Part shown: positions 49,947 through 62,272 of the stretch, piece after piece
Layout: each line of letters begins with the position of its first letter
Numbering within the stretch: the stretch's first letter is position 1
From: Curvularia clavata
Lineage: Eukaryota
Length of the DNA: 64,000 nt
Assembly: GCA_023920165.1 (NCBI GenBank)
Contig: CP089276.1
Span: 1,860,001 to 1,924,000, forward strand
Direction of reading: 5' to 3'
Translations under genes and position numbers: made by a program
Notes under the pieces: model-generated
Database searches by the model: none
Seen by the model: only the letters and a program-made list of their open reading frames with translations
Told to the model about the DNA's origin: nothing

Positions 49947-52381
49947 TTCTGTAGAGAGTGTAGAGGTGACCTGCACCGTGGAAGACAGGTAAATAGAAAA
50001 AGTCAGCGATTGTGGTGTGAGGAAAGCAATGAAAACGAAACGGGAAGTGACAAGAAGGGGTGGTAAGTAATAAGACGGCCTGTGGGAGCTCCAAGAGGCA
50101 GTGCTAGGGACTATAGCAGTGTATGAACCAGGGTCAAACGAGCTCAACATAGACCAGGTTCGTCTACAAGTCGGTCCTGTTTCGAACCACGCGCCGCCCG
50201 GGCACTAAAGCAGGCGGCAGCTAGTCAATGACCCCCGACTCGCCATGGTGGAATTTCAGATATGCTTGGCGTGGGTAGGGTGTTGCGTACCTCCTCCTGG
50301 TAGCTCCACTGCCATGTCAAATAAGCTCTGGGCCGCTATCAAAGCACGTCCCGTAAGATAACGATCTGATGTTGTCTTCGCTTCATATTGTGCCAGAAAG
50401 GGAAACTCCGCTGTGATAGTGCCCGACACGCCAAGGCGTTTGAGCTCTGCTCTGTGTAGTAGTAGTGAAGACGAGCGCTTATGGGATTCTTCGGGTCCCA
50501 TTGTGGCTCTGTTGCTTGCGCATCCCGAGACGTCCCGATAAGACTTGGGTAATGATGAGAGTCTATGGGGATTGCGTCGTCGTGCTGCGGTTCCACATAT
50601 GACGAAATGTTGGAGTTTTCTTTTTTTGGCCACAAGGCTGTCTCATGAAGAGTGTTGTTTTTTATTTTCACATGCTTGAAGTAACGACAAAAGGCCAGTG
50701 CTTGTTTAGAGCAACAGGACCGATAGAATACCTGCCGCTGTCTCGGACAGACTCCGCGGTACCAGGAGGCAGTCAGCCTCAGTGGGACTCCTATCAATCA
50801 AGCAAGATGAATGGCGACAAATTTGGATGCGATTGGGAAGCGGCGGGTCAGTGTGCTCCGTGGATGGCCAAGGCGCGGACGTAGAATGGGAAATCTTGGC
50901 AGCAAGCGAGGAGAATGCGGCTCAAGTTGTATAGCGACGGCGATTCGTGGTAGGAAAAGGGGGCTTGAAACGGGTGACGAAACGCGTAAAGCGGACCTAA
51001 TTGTGTCGACTTTGATGCCAAGGTTCACGCGCCAAACACGGACCCACCGCTGTCGAGCCCGACGCAGCCACTTCCGCGTCTTACAGGTTAAGGTTCAGGG
51101 AGCCTTGGCCTAAGATGCTTGCGTATGCGCGACGTCGTTGGGCTACGATCACCGTCAGGGAAACTCGACGCCGTCTCAAGAGTGCCAGAGAGGCTCTTAT
51201 AGGCCCCACTCTCGGGTTTGATCTTTGCTTAGATACATTGATATCTTTGGCAGCGAGCCCACTTGGGCTTCTGTGAGAAGCGCCGCTGGGCCCCTATGTA
51301 TGTACTTTGTGTGTTACACACGCCCATGGACGCTGGTGATGTAGTGGTCGAGCGCGTAGTGTGGTGGAGAGAATTTACAGCAAGCCCACGCAGTTGACCA
51401 GTTCGCGTCGTCGATGATCAAAACTGGACCTGGGATCGTCGTCGACTTTGCGCGTCCTGCCGGTTGCCGTACTCGACTGCGACGGTGTGTGCGATGGATG
51501 TACATCAGAGTACTTTGCTCTGCACGCCGGTGGGTCGTGGGAGGCGATGAGCGTGGGCAGTGCATTTGACGACAATCGCTGCTGCCAAGCCGTGATTCGG
51601 ACCGCGACAATCCAGGACATCGCTGCTGCCGATAGACACGGTGGCGCGGTCAGTGATACGAAGTCGACTCGACTCAACTTTGTCATTGTATAATCCTGTT
51701 AAAGCCGCTATAGCAGAAGGAATTCCAGGATCCGTGGACGGGAGCAGCATCATCCCGGGATGATGATCTACATGAGGCTGATAGGCTAGTAGACGGCGGA
51801 TTGTCCCGTAGCACTTGGCGACAGTGTGCCTTCTTTGGGCGCCTTTCAATGGTACAACGCCGCCCAGTTGCCAATAAGCCCTAGCGCCCCTAATACAGCA
51901 TTTGAAAGACACGATGTACCCTGCCAAGGACACCACGTGCACACAACGTTCTTGAGCCCATGCAAGCGTCCAAGCCGTCGATTGCCTCTTCAGAGCCTCA
52001 TTTCTTTAATGTTTCATTTGTTTCTCTCACATAGCGCTCGTACATGCACGTATGTATAAAGTGGCGAGCAATGGCGCAATCTAATTGCAAAGTATATTAA
52101 GGCTCGCTCCCGACATTAGACATCACCTGTCGCCATCGTGTTCTCGCCGTTCGGCATAATTCTATCAAGAGCGTCATATCGAGCTTATCAGTCTAAAACA
52201 CGCTCGGTGTCCTGACATCTCACCTCTAAACTCCAACTAGGAAAGAAACTACTCACATAAAGAGGTTCTAGAGACTGACCAAATCTATTTATTCCCTCAA
52301 ACTGCTGCAGGCTTCTTACTCATCGGCGAACTCTTAAATTGTCAAACCAAAAGGTCTGTCTCATGAACCAGAGTCTAACCC

Positions 52382-53478
52382 CTACATCTTGCTGGCCTCG
52401 CGAAGGACCTCTTTGGTCAACATTTCGCCTTTTTTCTTTTTCTCGCTCAGTCGGCCCATTTTCAAAAGCCTCCCTATCATCTCTTCGTCTCCGTGATGAC
52501 TGTTGTGCTCAAACTCGGGCTCCTCTCCATACGCAACACGTGCTGCGTCGACTAGTATTCTAGCTGTCATGCCAAATATTCTAAATGTGGTGAGGCTGTC
52601 GATTGCACTTGGCTCGGGCTGGGCATTCTCTCCAGAGTGCTCGGTGGATTGCGGCGAGTTACGCAGCGATGACGAAGAATGGGGAGGCCGTGGCATGTAG
52701 AAGTTATGCATTCGCCACCGCGATTCATGCCAGTCTGTCCAAGCACCTCGATACCATTTCTCTGGTCTACCGTCTTTTTGCACGGGTCCTGGACCTTCCC
52801 CTTCCCACTCTTTACGCAAGAAACTGTAGAACGGAACGGTAAAGACGGCTGCCACCTCTTTTGGGTCAAGACGAGGCATGAGCTTCTCTTCGACCGAGGC
52901 ATGATCTTCTTCCGAAGAGGAAGGAGTCGTTGGCGATACTTGAGAAGGACCAAGAAATGCGACACAAGGTCGGACGCCGAGTTCTGTCTTTGCCAGATTC
53001 GTAGGGAGCTCACAGAGATGCTCTATGCTGAAACCCCGAAGTTTGGCTTCATCCAACGGCAGACCAATTTCCTCGTACGCTTCGCGGCGAGCAACCTCCC
53101 ACGGCGATTCATCCAATCTATCGGCTTTACCTTGGGCAATTTTAGTACGTATTCGCCACGCAAATCGAATGACCAACCTCCGGGAAGGGCAACCTGGCCA
53201 GAGTAATTTCTCAGTTGCGCACTCCGCACCGTAAGCACGACTTTGAGCTCTCCATGCTTGTCAGGAAAGAGCAGAATGAGAACGGCTGCGCGCCGTGTTA
53301 GTGGGCAGTTATGCCATTGCGTCGCTGGAGGTGTGTATTTGCGGAGACGATTCAACGCATTCTATACGACTGTTAGTGGTTACAATAACACACAGGGGTA
53401 TCAACCTACTACTGATCTCTGGGAAAGCGCCATGCTTGTAATGGCCTTTGTCTGAGCGAGCCATGCTGTCGGTCTCAT
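52382..53478 (-). CDS. Nudix hydrolase, CoA diphosphatase (PCD1/NUDT7-like)
   Basis: AAVLILL, LTVRSAQLRNYSGQVALPGG (CoA-pase motif), Nudix box G..E..ARREAYEEIGL, IFGMTA. Two introns. C-terminal SKM. ATGs at 53478 and 53433. Confidence 0.9.
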
Positions 53479-54158
53479 GAGATGGATGTTGGTTGTAGCG
53501 GCGCCATCCGGTGGGGTCTGGTGTCATGAGCCGAGGCTATCGATAGGCGACATGCAGGAACCTTGTGGCAACCCCAGCGTGTCACCATGTCACCGTATTT
53601 AGATGCCTTAACCTGACACTTGAATACGATGCGGGGGAGCCCTGTCACAACAGCTGCTTGTTCTCGTTACACCACTGGTCACGCATAGCAAATGTGGCAG
53701 ACGTTTGAACAATTTTTTTCATACAATTGAATCGCATCTCTATAGGAGAGGAAACTCCCGATCGTTATCATCCGCATGCGTAGCCATGGAGGATTGCTGC
53801 AAATCCCACCACGTAAGCACGCGTCGACAACTTGCAGCAGCTCCTCGAGGACATAGGAAAGTAACATGAAATTGCAGAAAAAGACCCATCCGTCAACCAA
53901 GCATCGTAAGTCTATCACATGCAGACATTCTTTTAGGGAAATCATTTCGCACATGAGAGACCAACGCCAAGATGCCGCGATGTAAAGACGGCTGCACGTC
54001 CTACCCCGAACCACTTTTGAACCAGACCAAACAGAGAGCATCACCTGGTCTTGCAGGCGTGCTCAAATTAGAAGACCGCCGTCTCTACACCGTTACGCCA
54101 CCCAAATCGTTGGGGGGTAGGGAGAGACGGCAGGATGAATGCAGTAGGGAACAGCTTC

Positions 54159-55621
54159 TTAGATGAGGTCTGTGAATATTGTTAGCGACTGCGTCTGACA
54201 GCATGCTGCGAGTTACAAAGTACTTACCAGCCACGTTCATTGGCATCTCCTCGATCTGTGTGCTGTAGAATTGCTCGATTTCGCGCATCATGCGGACATC
54301 GTCAGCGGTGACGAAGTTGATGGCAACACCCTTACGTCCGAAACGTCCACCACGACCGATGCGGTGAATGTAGTTCTCGCGGTTAGCGGGAAGGTCGTAG
54401 TTGATGACCAGGGAGACCTGCTGGACATCGATACCACGGGCAAGGAGGTCGGTGGCGATGAGGACACGGGAAGATCCGGAGCGGAACTCCTTCATGATGA
54501 CGTCACGCTGAGCCTGGTCCATGTCGCCGTGCATGGCAGAGACAGTGAAGTCACGGGCAGTGAGCTTGTCGGTGAGCCAGTCGACCTTCCTGCGGGTGTT
54601 GCAGAAGATAACGGCCTGGGTAATGGTGACAGTCTCGTACAAGTCGGAGAGGGTATCGAGCTTCCAGTCCTCCTTCTCGACGGCAATGTAGAACTGCTTG
54701 ATACCTTCAAGGGTAAGCTCGTCCTTCTTGACGAGGATACGGACGGGGTCGCGCATGAACTTGGTGGTGACCTCGAGGACGTCCTGGGGCATGGTGGCGG
54801 ACAGAAGGACAACCTGGGTGGACTGGGGCAGAAGCTGGAAGATGTCGTAGATCTGCTCGGTGAAACCGCGAGACAACATCTCGTCGGCCTCGTCGAGGAC
54901 GAACATCTTCATGTGGTCGGTCTTGAGGACACGACGCTGGATCATGTCGTGGACACGGCCGGGAGTACCGACAACGACCTGAGGGCCGTCCTGGAGGGCC
55001 TTCATGTCGTCACGGACACTGGTGCCACCAATGCAGGCGTGGCACTGGATCTCCATGAAGTCACCGATGGCGACAACGACCTTCTGGATCTGCTGAGCGA
55101 GCTCACGGGTGGGGGCGAGGATGAGGGCCTGGCAAGCCTTGACGCTGGAGTCGATCTTCTGAAGGGTGGAGATGGAGAAGGTAGCCGTCTTACCGGTACC
55201 GGACTGAGCCTGGGCGATGACATCGTTGCCTGATACATGTGTCAGCCCCACGTTCTCGTAGTTGTGGTGGTAGTGGCGTTGCGTGTGTGCGAGGCAAACT
55301 TACCCTTGATGACGGGCATGATGGCGCGCTGCTGGATAGCGGAGGGGCGCTCGAAACCGTAGGCGTAGACACCACGGAGAAGCTCAGGCTTCAGGTTCAT
55401 GTTGTCGAAGGAGTCGGTGACTTCATCGTAGTTGGACTCGATCTGGCCTACGCGGAGTCTGTTAGCGTGCGCTCGTAAAGTTTGCAGTTGAGGCTGTTTC
55501 GCTGTTGCCGTCGCTGTCGCTATCGCAGTGCGGGGAAGACGCTGGATTCGCACGGTGACGAGCAGAAGCCTCTCAGGAGAAACTTACCCTCGGGCACGTC
55601 CTCAAGACCTTTGTCAGCCAT
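54159..55621 (-). CDS. TIF1: Translation initiation factor eIF4A (DEAD-box helicase)
   Basis: [44 protein letters not shown], end MPMNVADLI. Three introns and strong codon bias. Confidence 0.97.
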
Positions 55622-56119
55622 GATTGCGGGTTGAAGAAAGCGACTACTGGTGCTGGACCGTAGTCGAAGAGTTGCTTGTGGCGGGGTTGACGCGGGGGGA
55701 TCCTCTGGATGCCGCCGCGAAAAAGTTGCTTGTTGTGGAAGAAAAAACTAGATACCAGATCCTCTGCGCGAGAATCCAAGGGGTATCTAGGAATGAAGTG
55801 TGTCTTTGTGTTGTGGTTGATTTGGTGGTGATGAGGGACAGAAGGTGGGTGGGCAACCGACGTTATAAGCAAGAGCCACCTGAGATTTTTTTCCAGGTGC
55901 TAGCGCCAAAACCTCGCTAAGAAAAGCTAAATTCCTCGTGGACGCCCGCAGACAAACGCATACACTGGGCCTAGTCTCACATAACCAAGTTCCGCCACCC
56001 CAGAACCCGATCAATGAGTCTTTCCTGCTTTCCCGTGATTACTCTGCTTCTTGCTGCGCGTCCGTGAAGACGTCTGCGCAGTGCACACGCCCAAGTCTTG
56101 TTCCACGCCTCTTTTTGCA

Positions 56120-58129
56120 ATGGCCCCCGGCATCCTAGAACCCCCCGGTATCACGACTGCCGAATCACGGCCCTCGAAAAAGCTCAAGACGTCTGCAGTG
56201 GCAACAGGCGACAGTGACGACGAAGACATTGCTGCCACCGCCGCCGCTGTCCCCTCGCATCCCCTGGGCATCAAGCCGGCCGGCAATGCCTATACCGCCC
56301 GCGAGAACATCAAGTCAAGATGCGGCCTCTTTGCCAGCCTGCCTGATGAGCTACTGAGCCACATCTTTGAGTCATTCGAAGCTGATGTCCTGATACGCCT
56401 GGGCAGTACGTGCCGTGCCCTCTATGCTTACACCAGACTAGACGAGTTGTGGAGAGCTCTATTCGTCAAGTAAGTACCACGGTTGACACACACACATGGA
56501 CTGTTTTCTTCGGCTCCTGTCATTTCCCGGTCATATCTCAACCATGTTTCCTGTCAGACGATATCGTAGGAAGGATTTATTCCTTGTACGGTGTCTGAGC
56601 AGGCCCCGCGAACTCCATCCTCTATGACTGTGCTGCTCGCCTCACTGTTACCTGGTTGTTGCCTGCGGAGTTCACGAGCCGAATGCGCGAGCAGCGATGT
56701 GACTCAGCTCTAAAAATGCACCTTCAGCCATCTGGCAGATGTTTGCTTGTTTCTTCTTCTGCCCTTGAATTTCCTGTACTCGGTCTTGATCAAGGCCGAC
56801 CGTTGGCGGGGAGCGCCGACAGTCCTGGTTATGCGTTTTCATTGGCTGGCCTGGGCGAACTAGGCCATTCTTCTTACATCACACCCGTTTCTTTGTTCAA
56901 AGCAGCACTGTGAAAGCCGTAGCACAAACAACAACTGATTGGCAAACAGCTCTCCGGCCGAGGACTTTGAGTGGCGCGGCACCTGGCGAGCGACCTATCT
57001 GAAAATACCTAGAGAGCGCGTAACCTCCATTCCATGCACAAACCTCTTTTCAGACACCCTCTATCGCCCTTTCCAATGTGCTCACACACCACTCAACCTC
57101 TACGCACTCAACATTCCAAAACACAACGAGATAGCTCGACTGTCAGATCTGACTTACGAAGAGTATGCCGAGACCTGGGTGAACAAGCCTTTTATCCTCA
57201 CCACGCCCGTCAAGCAATGGCCCGTCTACGGTACCTGGACGCCAGAGTACCTTCTCGAAAAGTTTCCAGAAACCAAGTTCAGGGCTGAAGCAGTAGATTG
57301 GCCAATGAGGAAGTACATGGCCTACATGCACGATAATGCTGATGAGTCGCCTTTGTACCTTTTCGATCGCGCTTTTGCGGAGAAGACTGGAATCGATACA
57401 TCAGCGCCACCTCACTCCAAGGAAGCAGCGTACTGGAGTCCTACGTGTTTCGGTGACGATCTCTTTGGTGTTTTGGGTGAACACCGCCCAGACTGCCGCT
57501 GGATGATCATGGGCCCGAAGCGCAGTGGCTCCACTTTCCACAAAGACCCCAACGCTACATCGGCATGGAACGCTGTCCTCACCGGCAGCAAATACTGGCT
57601 CATGTTCCCTGCCGGACCTGGTATTGAACCACCACCAGGCGTCATCGTCTCGGACGATCAGTCCGAGGTTACCTCCCCACTCAGCATCGCAGAGTACATG
57701 CTGACCTTCCACGAACTTGCCCGCCAGACTCCAGGTTGCAGAGAGGGTATCTGCTATGCTGGCGAAGTGCTGCATGTGCCCTCTGGTTGGTTCCATCTTG
57801 TGCTCAACCTCGAAGACAGTCTAGCATTGACCCAGAACTTTGTCCCGAGGAAGAAGCTGCCTGATGTCCTGGGCTTCCTTCGCGACCAGCGGGCAGAGGT
57901 TAGTGGCTTCACGGAAGATGTTTGTGACCGTGCCTATGAACTGTTTGTAGAAAGACTCGGCGAGCAGCATCCTGATTTGCTTGAGGAAGGTCTCGCCGAG
58001 TTGGAGAAGATGAAGACGAAGAGCAGAGGGAAATGGGAACAGTTGACGAAGGGAGATGGTGAGGTCCAAGAGGCGGGAGGCTTCAGCTTTGGCTTCGGCG
58101 GCGACGACGATGATGCAGATATTCCATGA
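56120..58129 (+). CDS. F-box + JmjC domain protein (JMJD6-like 2OG/Fe(II) oxygenase)
   Basis: F-box LPDELL..L..TCR..LW. JmjC motifs PLYLFD, RWMIMGP.RSGS.FHKDPN (HxD), VPSGWFH, TQNF. 480-nt intron 56470-56949. Confidence 0.92.
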
Positions 58130-58258
58130 TATTATAGAGAATGCAATCACAAGAATCGTGTCATTGATATTATTATACTCTTGGGTATCTTCCGGTCATC
58201 AAATCATCATAAATCATAAACGCCATGTCGTTCCAAAGTCCATCCTCCGCTTCTCAAC

Positions 58259-59481
58259 TCACTTTGCGTGATTGATGATTTCAGCATACATATCTTCCGG
58301 AATCTTGCTTGCAAAGCTCATGGCCACGCCGATAATCTTCTGGGCGTTCAAACCGGGCAAGTTGCGTAGAATTGTATTGGGACTGTGTCTGAATGTTAGT
58401 AACATGTTAAGGAGGGTAGGAAGATCTCTTTACCTAGGACTGGTCAAGATATCCGCGCGAATAAGAACCAACTGAGCGACGATGCACAGGATATTCAGAT
58501 GCGGGCCATATGCAAAAAGAAAGTCCCATAACTGCAGGACCTCAGGAAGAGGCGGCGTACACGCACACATGGTAAGCACCGAGGCAAAAGCGTAAATCCT
58601 CGCCTCCATATGGTGCGCCATGAGGTACTCGTACAACTTTGGGTCCACAACCTCAAGCACCCTATCCACGAGTGCCAATCCCTTGTGCACACCCTCCATG
58701 GAGCCGCGCACATAGCCCGGACACTCCTGGGTAATCAGCTTCTCAAAGCCAGTAAAGGCCTCGACCTCGCTCCGTGCCGCGTACAGAAAAGGCCCGCACA
58801 GCACATTCATGCCCTGCACGTAGCCAATCTGCTCGGCGTCATTTGTCGTCGAGGCCTCGGTGCGCGTGCCCCCCGTCAGCGAGTGTCTCGACATCATCGT
58901 CGATGTATCCGGACTGCCCCCAAACTCGGACAGTGTAGGCGGAGACTGCCATCCATTGACTCGTGCCTCGTGCGCATCGTTCAGTCTCCAAGCCACGGCA
59001 TTGAGCACGCGGGTGATGCTGTTCTGCGTCACACGCCGCCGAAACAGAGGGTCGCCTTGGAAAGTGCGGAACGTGTCGTTTTGGATTTTGGCGTGCGCGG
59101 GCGAGGCGCCTTGCCGGACGAGGTCCAGATAGACGTCAGTACGGAGAGGCGGCGCGTTGAGTAGGATCAGCCAGATGTATATCCGTAGTTCAGACTGTTA
59201 TGTCCAAAGGACAATGAATTAGCTTCTGCGATTCATGTATGCGCAAACTCTAGCGTTCTTTTATTCCCTCGCTGTGTGTACACATTTTTTGTGTATGTCT
59301 CCCCGTGGGGCTGGGAAGCAAAGGGGGAACGGGCGCAGTGAGCGGTGTAACTGAGACATACCATGCCCTCGCTATTTGCGGGAATGCCTTTGGTAAGGAT
59401 CGTATAGCGCAATTCTTGGAGGTATTCCTCCGGGTCGCTTGCAGAGGCCCCCTTGAGGAGCAACATGTCCAGGTTCGTCAT
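58259..59481 (-). CDS. BUB2: Mitotic exit/septation GAP, TBC domain (Bub2/Cdc16)
   Basis: LRIYIWLILL, IQNDTFRT (Arg finger), YVQGMN (Gln finger), LWDFLFAYGPHLN. Two introns. Confidence 0.92.
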
Positions 59482-60331
59482 CTTGCAGTGAGGGAGGGTG
59501 TGTTGCGACCGATTGGACTCGCCCGCGTTTGGGAAGTTCGGTTTGGCGTTCCCGCGTAGCGGTTCGGCCTTATGGCCTTACGGCCTTGGCACGCCGCGCG
59601 CTTTCCTTGGACGCGTTTCGAGCGTCTCATGCTCCGTTCGGTATCTGTTTCGTTTGTCGCCATGAGCCGAACGTCCTACCCTTGTACGGCAAGTTTTGCT
59701 TAGTTCAATTTATGTTCCGTGGCATGCTGCCAATAGTTGCTTGGTACAGTCAGAGAAAAATGTATAAAAATAACAGTGTCCCCCAATGCGAAGTGCGGCA
59801 GAGAGCGTATCAACACTTCGGCACTAAGAACTCTAAATGTCGTTCTGTTGCGAGAGGTTGGTTCGAGGGTACTTGAGTCTATCCTACAGTATTCACTCGT
59901 TCTTGTGCTAGCTTGGAGCGAGACCTTTGTGACATTGTTGATTCTATCGATGATCCTGTTGCCCTTACAACAGTGCGACGCATTAGCCATATCTTATGAC
60001 CCTTAGACATACTAAACTGTTGAAAGTACTTCATAGACTACGATTAATCAATATTGAGGCTTCAAATAACCTTGGCTCGTTTTCACAATGTTCCTCCCTT
60101 GCTAAGGTGACAAAACCTACAAGAGTTGTGTGCTCTCTTTGTATACCTAGAGTGCTGGCACGGATCGGAACCTTTGCATATCAACTGGAGCGTTCTTCCT
60201 AGAAGTCGAACGAGCTCTCAAGTATACGCGGCCTTGTTCAACACACGCAGTGTCCATGTACTCCCGCATGGTAGATTGTGAAAATGTCCAAGTATAAAAG
60301 GCCTCAATTAAACTACTAGCCAAAGACATTC

Positions 60332-61251
60332 TTATTCATGGTCTGTGTTCGTCGTGATGGAATCCCACTCATCCAGAAGCTTGATTGTACTATCAATCTT
60401 CCCTCGAATAGTAGGCGGAGAGTCCGAGCCCAGGGCCACGCGAACAGGAACGTCCTTCCCCTCCGCAAGGCCGCTCTTCGTCAAAATATCAACAATCACC
60501 TTGGACCCCTTCACAACATCACCCGGTTGATTGTTGTTCACCCTATCCAATCTCGCCCTGACATCTCCAACAACCGTCTCTGTGTATTCTTTGATTTGCT
60601 TCTCGCTCTTGATTTGTGCACCAGCGTTGAGGAAACCGGTGCGAAAGTACCCTGGCTCAATCACCGTCACAGCGATGCCTAGTGGAGCAAGCTCAGCACG
60701 CATGGACTCGGAAATACCACTGCATGCCCATTTGGTTCCAGCATAGAGACCGTACCCGGCACCACCGTACCAGGAACCAATACTACCGAAGTTGGCGATG
60801 GTCCGGTGGCCTGTGGTGGCGCGGATGTAAGGTAAGAAGGCCTTGGAGACCTTGAGCATGCCAAAGACATTGGTGTTAAACTGATCAAAGTCTTCTTTGG
60901 GACTGTGATAGTTAGCGATGATGCTGGTAGGCTAGGCACCCTAAATTTGGCTACGACTTACGAAGTCTCTTCGACTGCGCCAACGAGGATGTAGCCAGCT
61001 GCGTTTACCAGGTGGTTGATGTAACCATACTGCTCATTGGCCTCCTTTGCAACCTTCTCGATCTCTGCTTGCGGTGCCGTTACATCGAGCGTCACAGTCA
61101 CTGCACCTTTCTCTTTCAAGTCGGCAATGCGCGATGTGCTGCGTGCGCTGGCGATGACCTTGTGACCCCGAGAGAGTGCTTCAAGAGCAATATATTTGCC
61201 AAAACCGCTCGATGCGGCGGTGATAAACCATACTGGTACCTGCGAGGTCAT
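60332..61251 (-). CDS. Short-chain dehydrogenase/reductase
   Basis: WFITAASSGFG, LDVT, LVNAAG, catalytic YAGTK, IEPGYFRT. Intron 60903-60961. Confidence 0.92.
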
Positions 61252-62272
61252 GGTGACTCTTTTGCATACAGTATCGAGATTGAAACGGAAGTAAAGTGAT
61301 CAAGCTTGAAGAAAGTAGCTCAGCCCGATACAGAGTCTGTAAGATGTATTTGTATTCAGAGAAAAGCATACATACGTCATTGTATTTAGACAAGTATTAT
61401 CTCCTCTATGCCCGAGTTGCTTGTTCTTGGCCGACGATGTTCGGCTGCCGATGTTGGTATTCGGATGGGTGAGCTGACAAAGGACGCCTAACTTTCGCAA
61501 AGTAGACCTTCATTGGTTTTGTTTCACTTGGCACCGATGTAGTCAAGTGGGGTAGACTCTTAGTAATAAATGGGAAGTCAGATGTACTAGGAGATAAATG
61601 AATAACTTCTTTTGTTGTGATTATAGCCTAACATGATGTCCCTCCGAGGGCACGCAGCCGAAAACATTCGGCCTTTAGTCCTATGTCCGTCACCACTGAG
61701 AGACTCGCTCATTTCACCCGAATCAGCTCAACAGCACAGAGAATGACTCTTAAACGAAGCAGACAGACAGCTGGCGTTCCATGCTACTGGGTGCAATGCG
61801 ACGTTTTCTCAATAATGTCTTGGCATCATGTGATGTGGACGTTTATTCTTTCGCGCACGTGAAACAGATCTCATGTCTGTACTACATTTATCTTCCCCTA
61901 AACAGGCTGCTAAATGTGTTTCTGACACGCTTTGCGACCAACGACCGTACAGTATGCCAGGTCTTTGTTTGCCGCTTCTCATTGCCTTCTTCCGTGCTGT
62001 CATACCGCTGTTCTGGACCATGATGAACAATGAAGAATAAACCTTCTCTTTCCCTCAGCAGAGCCCCACAAGTAGCCCTATTCCGCTTCTAGAGTACTGT
62101 AAAAATGACAAAATTCTCAGATCTAGCATGATCTCAGTATATACATGATCTATTGGATACACAGATCCGTAAGGAAACACGGAGCGTTGCAGCGGCGCCT
62201 TGCCTATCGGCCTCTAGTTTAAGATATGGATGCCTAATTCGCAAAAAGCACTCTGTATGCTTACAGATTAGC

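Noticed and set aside
50250..52300. Short ORFs upstream of the transporter
   Set aside because: No coding signature; probably promoter or UTR sequence.
54271..55233. 320-aa plus-strand ORF
   Set aside because: Antisense shadow of the codon-biased eIF4A gene, with no independent motifs.
56470..56949. TPP riboswitch, snR30/U17 or RNase P/MRP identity for the long intron
   Set aside because: Only partial look-alikes (GGTGTCTGAG, CTTGATC). The conserved cores of those families were not found, and the HDV-like P3/L3 could not be built.
59478..59663. Upstream ORF as an N-terminal extension of Bub2
   Set aside because: It is in a different frame, and an in-frame stop lies upstream of the Bub2 ATG. 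At most it is an overlapping uORF, for which there is no support.
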